Assembly: GCA_963702005.1 (NCBI GenBank)
Contig: OY969696.1
Location: 3,744,001 to 3,808,000, forward strand
Length of the DNA stretch: 64,000 nucleotides
Direction: 5' to 3'
Source of the DNA: Candidatus Aminicenantes bacterium
Lineage (GTDB): Bacteria > Acidobacteriota > Aminicenantia > Aminicenantales > JAFGBC01
Shown: positions 59,128 through 64,000 of the stretch, piece by piece
Position numbering within the stretch: the stretch's first letter is position 1
Layout of the letters: every line of letters begins with the position of its first letter
Notes under the pieces: model-generated
Databases searched by the model: none
What the model was told of the DNA's origin: nothing
Seen by the model: the letters and a program-made list of their open reading frames with translations, nothing else
Program-made: the position numbers and the translations under genes

Positions 59128-60102
59128 ATGGAATCTCCGAAATTCCTCTATCTCTCCCGGGCCGACGTCGAGCGGGTCGCCCTGCCCATGCCGCGAATCA
59201 TCGAGCTCCTCGAGGCCGCCTTCAAAGAAAAGGGCGCGGGCCGCGTCGAAATGCCGCCCAAACCGGGAATCCACCCCAAGCCCGACGCCTTCATCCACGC
59301 CATGCCGGCCTTCATCGAAGGCCTGGGCGCAGCCGGCATCAAATGGGTCAGCGGCTTCCCGGAAAACCAGAAACGGGGCCTCCCCTACATCTCGGGGCTC
59401 ATCGTTCTTAACGACGTCGAGACGGGCTTCCCGACCGCCGTCATAGACTGCACCTGGGTCACCGCCCATCGGACGGGAGCCGCCTCGGCCCTCTCCGCCA
59501 AATACCTGGCCCGCCCCGAGAGCGAGACGCTCGGCGTCCTGGCCTGCGGCGTCCAAGGCCGGACGCATCTCCTGGCCATGGCCGCCCTCTTCCCCATCAA
59601 GCGCGTCTACGCCTACGACATCGTCCCGGAAGTCCAGAAACGGTTTATCGCCGAGATGACGGCACGGACCGGGCTAGAGATCGTCGGCGTCAACGATCCC
59701 CGCCAAGCGGTCGAGGCATGCGACATCGTCGTCACTTCGGGCCCCATCCTTAAACACCCCAAGCCGACGATCGAGAAAGGCTGGCTCCGGGCCGGGGCGT
59801 TCGCGAGCGCCGTCGACTACGACAGCTACTGGACGCCCGGGGCCCTGGCCGAGATGGACAAGCTCGCTACGGACGATACGGCCCAGTTCCGCTACGTCCG
59901 GAGCACGGGCTATTTTCAGAGGACGCCCGAGCCCTACGCCGACCTGGGCGAGATCGCGGCCGGCCTCAAGCCCGGAAGGGAAAGCGCCGGCGAGCGGACC
60001 ATGGCCATGAACCTAGGCCTAGCTCTTGACGACTTGGCCGTGGCGCCCGAGATCCTACGCCAAGCCGAGGCGCTCGGGATCGGGACCCGGCTCCCGCTCT
60101 GA
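59128..60102 (+). CDS. Ornithine cyclodeaminase / mu-crystallin family protein
   Basis: AMPA, GIKWVS.FP.N...GLP, TAHRTGAAS, GVQGR, GLALDDLA. Confidence 0.93.
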   Translation: MESPKFLYLSRADVERVALPMPRIIELLEAAFKEKGAGRVEMPPKPGIHPKPDAFIHAMPAFIEGLGAAGIKWVSGFPENQKRGLPYISGLIVLNDVETGFPTAVIDCTWVTAHRTGAASALSAKYLARPESETLGVLACGVQGRTHLLAMAALFPIKRVYAYDIVPEVQKRFIAEMTARTGLEIVGVNDPRQAVEACDIVVTSGPILKHPKPTIEKGWLRAGAFASAVDYDSYWTPGALAEMDKLATDDTAQFRYVRSTGYFQRTPEPYADLGEIAAGLKPGRESAGERTMAMNLGLALDDLAVAPEILRQAEALGIGTRLPL

Positions 60103-60124
60103 CGCCGGGCGCAGGAACCCGCCG

Positions 60125-61501
60125 TTATTTGAGCAGCAATCCCCAAAGCGACCGCTCGGCCTTCGAATTCTTGCCGATCGAATACCCGACAAACACGTCC
60201 TCAGTCTTAGTCTGGGATTCCAGGGCGTCTAAATTCAGGTGGCTCGAGGGGTCCATCAACTGACCGAGAAGAGGGATCGGCTTCGAGCTCGGCTGGCCGT
60301 TTTCATCCTCGATCTCGCCCTTGGCGTTGATGTAAAATCCCACCAGCTTCCCGCCCCAAAAAAAGGTGGAAGATTTTGGCAGGCTCTTATATTCGAGACA
60401 GGCGAGGAAAAACCTGTTTCCGGAGACGAGATAATCGGAGAGATCCCGGTACTGGTAGAACAGCGTTTTAGGGGCGATCTTGAGCGAGGACTTGAAACGG
60501 CCGTCCTCTCCCATGATCCGAAAATAGGTGTCGGCCTTCTGCGCCGAGGAGAGCGCCAGGCAGTCGATGACCGTCCAATGGAGCAGGAACAGGCCCTCCT
60601 TACGGTTGTAAGCGGCGAAGAGACTGTGCTCGTCCTCGGCCTTGCCGCCCGGATAGATGTATCCGCCGCTGGACGGGGCATAGCTCTTGAGGACGTTCCC
60701 CAGGAAATCCGTGAACCAGGCCACCGGGCGCGAGCCGACCCTGTAGTCGGGACAATCCTCCGCGCTCCCCCACAGAATCCGGTTGTCGAGAGCCACCAGG
60801 GCGCGGACGCCGTAGCTCTTTCTCAACATAGCCTGTTTCCGGACCTGTTTGGTCTTGAGGATCGTCTTCAGGGAACCGTCGAGCACGGTCAGGTAGTGCC
60901 CTGTCTTCGGATTGTCTGGATCCGCATATTCACGATGGGTCCAAACCGCCATATACCGGTTTGAAGCCGGGATCCATCCGACCTTGATGTTCAGGGCCGA
61001 ATAGGGCTTTGTGGCCGGTTTGATTTCGACAAGATCCTCTTCACCCCGGGCCCGGCCCGGATGGAGGCTTATCCCCCGCCCGTCCAGGAGCATCCCCTTG
61101 ACGGAATCGTAGTTGGTATCGGAGCCGGCCAGGAAAAATCGGTCGTCCTTTTCGTTGTAAGCGCTATCCATCCTCGAAACCGTGCGGGCTTTAAGCTCCA
61201 TGATGAGCTGAGGCCCGCTGGCGGGTTTCCCCTGGCCGGTGAAGAGCCGGCTGTAGAATCTCTGTTTCTGGGTTCCATCTTCGTAGAAGAAAACGACGAA
61301 CAGCTTTGACTTCGGGTTCAGGAAGGCTCCGACCTGCGTGAAATTCCCGGTCCGGGCCGGGGAGATCTGGAACGGGGTTGGGACGCTCCTCGAGAAATAG
61401 CGGCCACCAGGATTTCCGGAAACAAGGACCGTCGTTGAACACAGGACAACGGCCAGAGACAGGATCCCTCCGCGACGTATCCCCCTGGGATGATATAGCA
61501 T
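60125..61501 (-). CDS. Secreted hypothetical protein (beta-rich, AYN repeat-like)
   Basis: Signal-like N-terminus from ATG 61501; recurring AYN....F.L.W motifs. Confidence 0.65.
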   Translation of the reverse strand: MLYHPRGIRRGGILSLAVVLCSTTVLVSGNPGGRYFSRSVPTPFQISPARTGNFTQVGAFLNPKSKLFVVFFYEDGTQKQRFYSRLFTGQGKPASGPQLIMELKARTVSRMDSAYNEKDDRFFLAGSDTNYDSVKGMLLDGRGISLHPGRARGEEDLVEIKPATKPYSALNIKVGWIPASNRYMAVWTHREYADPDNPKTGHYLTVLDGSLKTILKTKQVRKQAMLRKSYGVRALVALDNRILWGSAEDCPDYRVGSRPVAWFTDFLGNVLKSYAPSSGGYIYPGGKAEDEHSLFAAYNRKEGLFLLHWTVIDCLALSSAQKADTYFRIMGEDGRFKSSLKIAPKTLFYQYRDLSDYLVSGNRFFLACLEYKSLPKSSTFFWGGKLVGFYINAKGEIEDENGQPSSKPIPLLGQLMDPSSHLNLDALESQTKTEDVFVGYSIGKNSKAERSLWGLLLK

Positions 61502-61634
61502 GCGATTCTCTCCTTTTCCCCGTCCGTGCCGAAGCATCGAAGTGAGTTCAGTATAAGTGGGGTTCGGACGGAATGCAAGGCGGGGGAGGTCCGGCATGAA
61601 TGCCGTTGAGCTGCATAAAGGGAATGGATAGAAT

Positions 61635-62357
61635 ATGTCCAAGGAGTCGCCAGCCATGCCGGACGAACGAGCCATCGCGCCCTTCAAGGGCTTCAGCAAA
61701 GAATCCGTCCGCTTCTTCAACGGATTGCGCCGGACGAACACCCGCGCCTGGTTCGAGAAGAACCGCGCGGTCTACGAGAACCACGTTCTTGCTCCCGCCA
61801 AGTCGTTCGTGGTGGACATGGGGGCGAGGCTGCGGACATTGGCGCCCCGGATCATGGCCGTCCCCCAGGTCAACAAGTCCATCTTCCGCCTCAACCGCGA
61901 CACTCGCTTCAGCCTGGACCCCAGGCCCTACAAAACCAACCTGGGGATCTACTTCTGGGACGGGAGCCGGCCGCGCATGGAGGCGACGGGATTCTATTTC
62001 CATCTCGAGCCTCCCACCCTCATCCTGGGAACGGGATTCTACATGTTTCCCGACATCATAATCGACCGCTATCGGAGGGCCGTTATCGACTCGAAGCGCG
62101 GGGCGGAGCTCGCCCGGCGGCTGGCCCGGATCCTGGCGAACAAAGCATTCACGCTGGGCGGACAACATTACAAACGCGCCCCGGCCGGCTTCGACCCCGG
62201 CCACCCCAACGCCGAGCTCCTCAAGCACAACGGCCTCCACGTCGGATTCGAAACACGCCTGCCTGAAGAGCTCTATTCGGCCCGGCTCATCGACTACTGT
62301 TACGAGAGGTTCCGGGCCATGGCCCCGCTCCACGACTGGCTGGCCGAACTCCTCTAG
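61635..62357 (+). CDS. DUF2461 / TIGR02453 family protein
   Basis: N.R.WFEKNR..YE, FRLNRDTRFS.D..PYKT, GFYFH, KRAPAGF. Confidence 0.9.
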   Translation: MSKESPAMPDERAIAPFKGFSKESVRFFNGLRRTNTRAWFEKNRAVYENHVLAPAKSFVVDMGARLRTLAPRIMAVPQVNKSIFRLNRDTRFSLDPRPYKTNLGIYFWDGSRPRMEATGFYFHLEPPTLILGTGFYMFPDIIIDRYRRAVIDSKRGAELARRLARILANKAFTLGGQHYKRAPAGFDPGHPNAELLKHNGLHVGFETRLPEELYSARLIDYCYERFRAMAPLHDWLAELL

Positions 62358-62455
62358 CGACCTCCGCCCCCGCTGAGCGGACTATTTTCAGCGTTTCCGG
62401 GCGATCGACGCCACGGCGTTTTATTCGAGGTTGTACGGGTCGCCCCCCCCGACAG

Positions 62456-63466
62456 CTAAAACAGGCCTGGAATATCTTTGCGGCAAGAAGGACAACGCCC
62501 ATTCTTGATCGCGTTCTCGTCCGTCCCGAACCCGCGGCGGCGAATTAAGATTTTTCCGCAGCCGGGGCAGATTGTGTCTTCGCCTTCGCCGGGGACGTTG
62601 CCGACATAGACATAGCGCAGCCCTTCTTGTTTTCCGACGGCGGCGGCCTTTCGCAAGGTCTCGACCGGCGTGGGACGGGCATCCGTATACTTGAAATCGG
62701 GATGGAAGCGGCTGATGTGCCAGGGGATGTCGGGATCGACGCCCGCTAAAAAGCGGGCGATGTCTCGGAGCTCGCCCTCTCCGTCGTTAAGCCCGGGAAC
62801 AACGAGAGTCGTCACCTCGACCCAGATCTTAAGCTTCCTCATCAACTTGATGGAGTCGAGGACCGGGTCGAGCCGGGCGCCGCAGACCTTTTTATAGGTC
62901 TCATCCTTGAAGGCCTTAAGATCCACGTTGGCCGCGTCGAGATTGGGATGGAACGCCTTGAGAGCTTCGGGCGTCATGTAGCCGTTCGTGACGAAATTGT
63001 TGTAGAGGCCGGCGGCTTTGGCGAGCTTGGCCGTGTCGAGCGCATATTCGAAAAAGATGGTCGGCTCGGTGTAAGTATAAGAAATACTCCGGCAGCCGTT
63101 TTTTTTCGCCGCTTGGACGATGTCTTCAGGACTGAACTTATCCCCTCTCGTGTCACGGCCGGGTTCTTTCGATGCCTGGGAGATCTGCCAGTTCTGACAA
63201 AACCCGCACCGGAAGTTGCAGCCGACCGTCGCTATCGAAAGGGACGTCGATCCGGGCAGGAAATGATAGAACGGCTTCTTCTCGATGGGATCGACATGGG
63301 CGGCGATGACCTCGCCGTAGACATGAGTCACGAGCGTGCCGCCCCGGTTCTCGCGGACGCCGCAAATCCCGAATTTACCGGGAGCGATAGTACAGCGATG
63401 GGCACAGAGAAAGCAGGAGACCTTTTCGGCCTCCAGCGGGGTCCAAAAAAGAGCATCTTTAAGCAT
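62456..63466 (-). CDS. amrS: AmmeMemoRadiSam system radical SAM enzyme
   Basis: C..C.H.C, GICGVR, DPIEKKPFYHF, CNFRCGFCQNW, YTYTEP, HISRFHP, YVGNV. Confidence 0.93.
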   Translation of the reverse strand: MLKDALFWTPLEAEKVSCFLCAHRCTIAPGKFGICGVRENRGGTLVTHVYGEVIAAHVDPIEKKPFYHFLPGSTSLSIATVGCNFRCGFCQNWQISQASKEPGRDTRGDKFSPEDIVQAAKKNGCRSISYTYTEPTIFFEYALDTAKLAKAAGLYNNFVTNGYMTPEALKAFHPNLDAANVDLKAFKDETYKKVCGARLDPVLDSIKLMRKLKIWVEVTTLVVPGLNDGEGELRDIARFLAGVDPDIPWHISRFHPDFKYTDARPTPVETLRKAAAVGKQEGLRYVYVGNVPGEGEDTICPGCGKILIRRRGFGTDENAIKNGRCPSCRKDIPGLF

Positions 63467-63474
63467 CGGCCTTA

Positions 63475-64000
63475 TTAACGTCGCGGTACGCCGATTTTCG
63501 GACACAGAGAGGCAATGGCGCAATCCGCGCAGCGGGGTTTGCGGGCCTGGCAGACGGCGCGGCCGTGGTTGACGAGCAGGTAGTTGAAATCGAGCCAGGC
63601 GTCTTTGGGAACGATCTTGAGGAGGTCCTGCTCGATTTTTTCGGGGATGGTTTGCCTGCTCAACCCCATGCGGCCGGAAAGCCGCTTGACGTGGACGTCC
63701 ACGGCGATGCCTTCAGCCTTCTTATAAGCCGAGCTTAGGACAATGTTGGCCGTCTTGCGGGCGACGCCGGGAAGCGTGATAAGCTTTTCCATGGTATCTG
63801 GGACTTCCCCCCCGAAATCCTCGACGATCTTGCAAGCAGCGCCTATGATGCTCTTGGCCTTGTTCCGGAAGAAGCCGGTGGACCGGATGTCCATCTCGAG
63901 CTCGGCCTTGTCGGCCTTCGCGAAGGCGGCCGCGTTCGGATACTTTCTGAACAGCGCGGGCGTGATTTTATTCACGCGCTCATCGGTGCATTGAGCGGAC
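63475..64000 (-). CDS. nth: Endonuclease III, 5' end off the window
   Basis: SAQCTDERVN, LPGVARKTA HhH, VDVHV, CQARKPRCADCAIASLC 4Fe-4S. Confidence 0.95.
   Translation of the reverse strand, partial: SAQCTDERVNKITPALFRKYPNAAAFAKADKAELEMDIRSTGFFRNKAKSIIGAACKIVEDFGGEVPDTMEKLITLPGVARKTANIVLSSAYKKAEGIAVDVHVKRLSGRMGLSRQTIPEKIEQDLLKIVPKDAWLDFNYLLVNHGRAVCQARKPRCADCAIASLCPKIGVPRR

Overview
GC-rich bacterial chromosomal region. The mix of secreted peptidases, VPS10/BNR propeller proteins and DUF5916 suggests a peptide-scavenging diderm such as Acidobacteriota/Ca. Aminicenantes; this is inference only. Genes: two CocE/NonD hydrolases, M28 and C69 peptidases, a serine hydrolase, an amidohydrolase, two BNR/VPS10 proteins, two clan GH-A hydrolases, archease-rtcB divergent from perR-katA, an ECF sigma, an ABC exporter, an MFP with two RND permeases (second frameshifted), ornithine cyclodeaminase, amrS and nth. 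Mobile DNA: an intact IS21 (5-bp TSD CTTGT) splitting a membrane-protein gene, an IS200-type tnpA-only element and a non-autonomous IS200/IS605 derivative. The most striking unannotated structure is a dense set of about 18 non-coding palindromic or inverted-repeat elements in four families (A about 245 bp, B 50 bp, C 54-63 bp, D 75 bp). All end in a shared core GG(G/T)G(A/T)C(A/G), lie almost exactly on gene boundaries (often 0-14 bp from a stop codon), nest in each other and in one case are translated inside a signal peptide. They are a candidate REP/MITE-like gene-cassette shuffling system. No rRNA, tRNA or CRISPR array was seen. All family assignments come from motif recognition by eye, not database searches.
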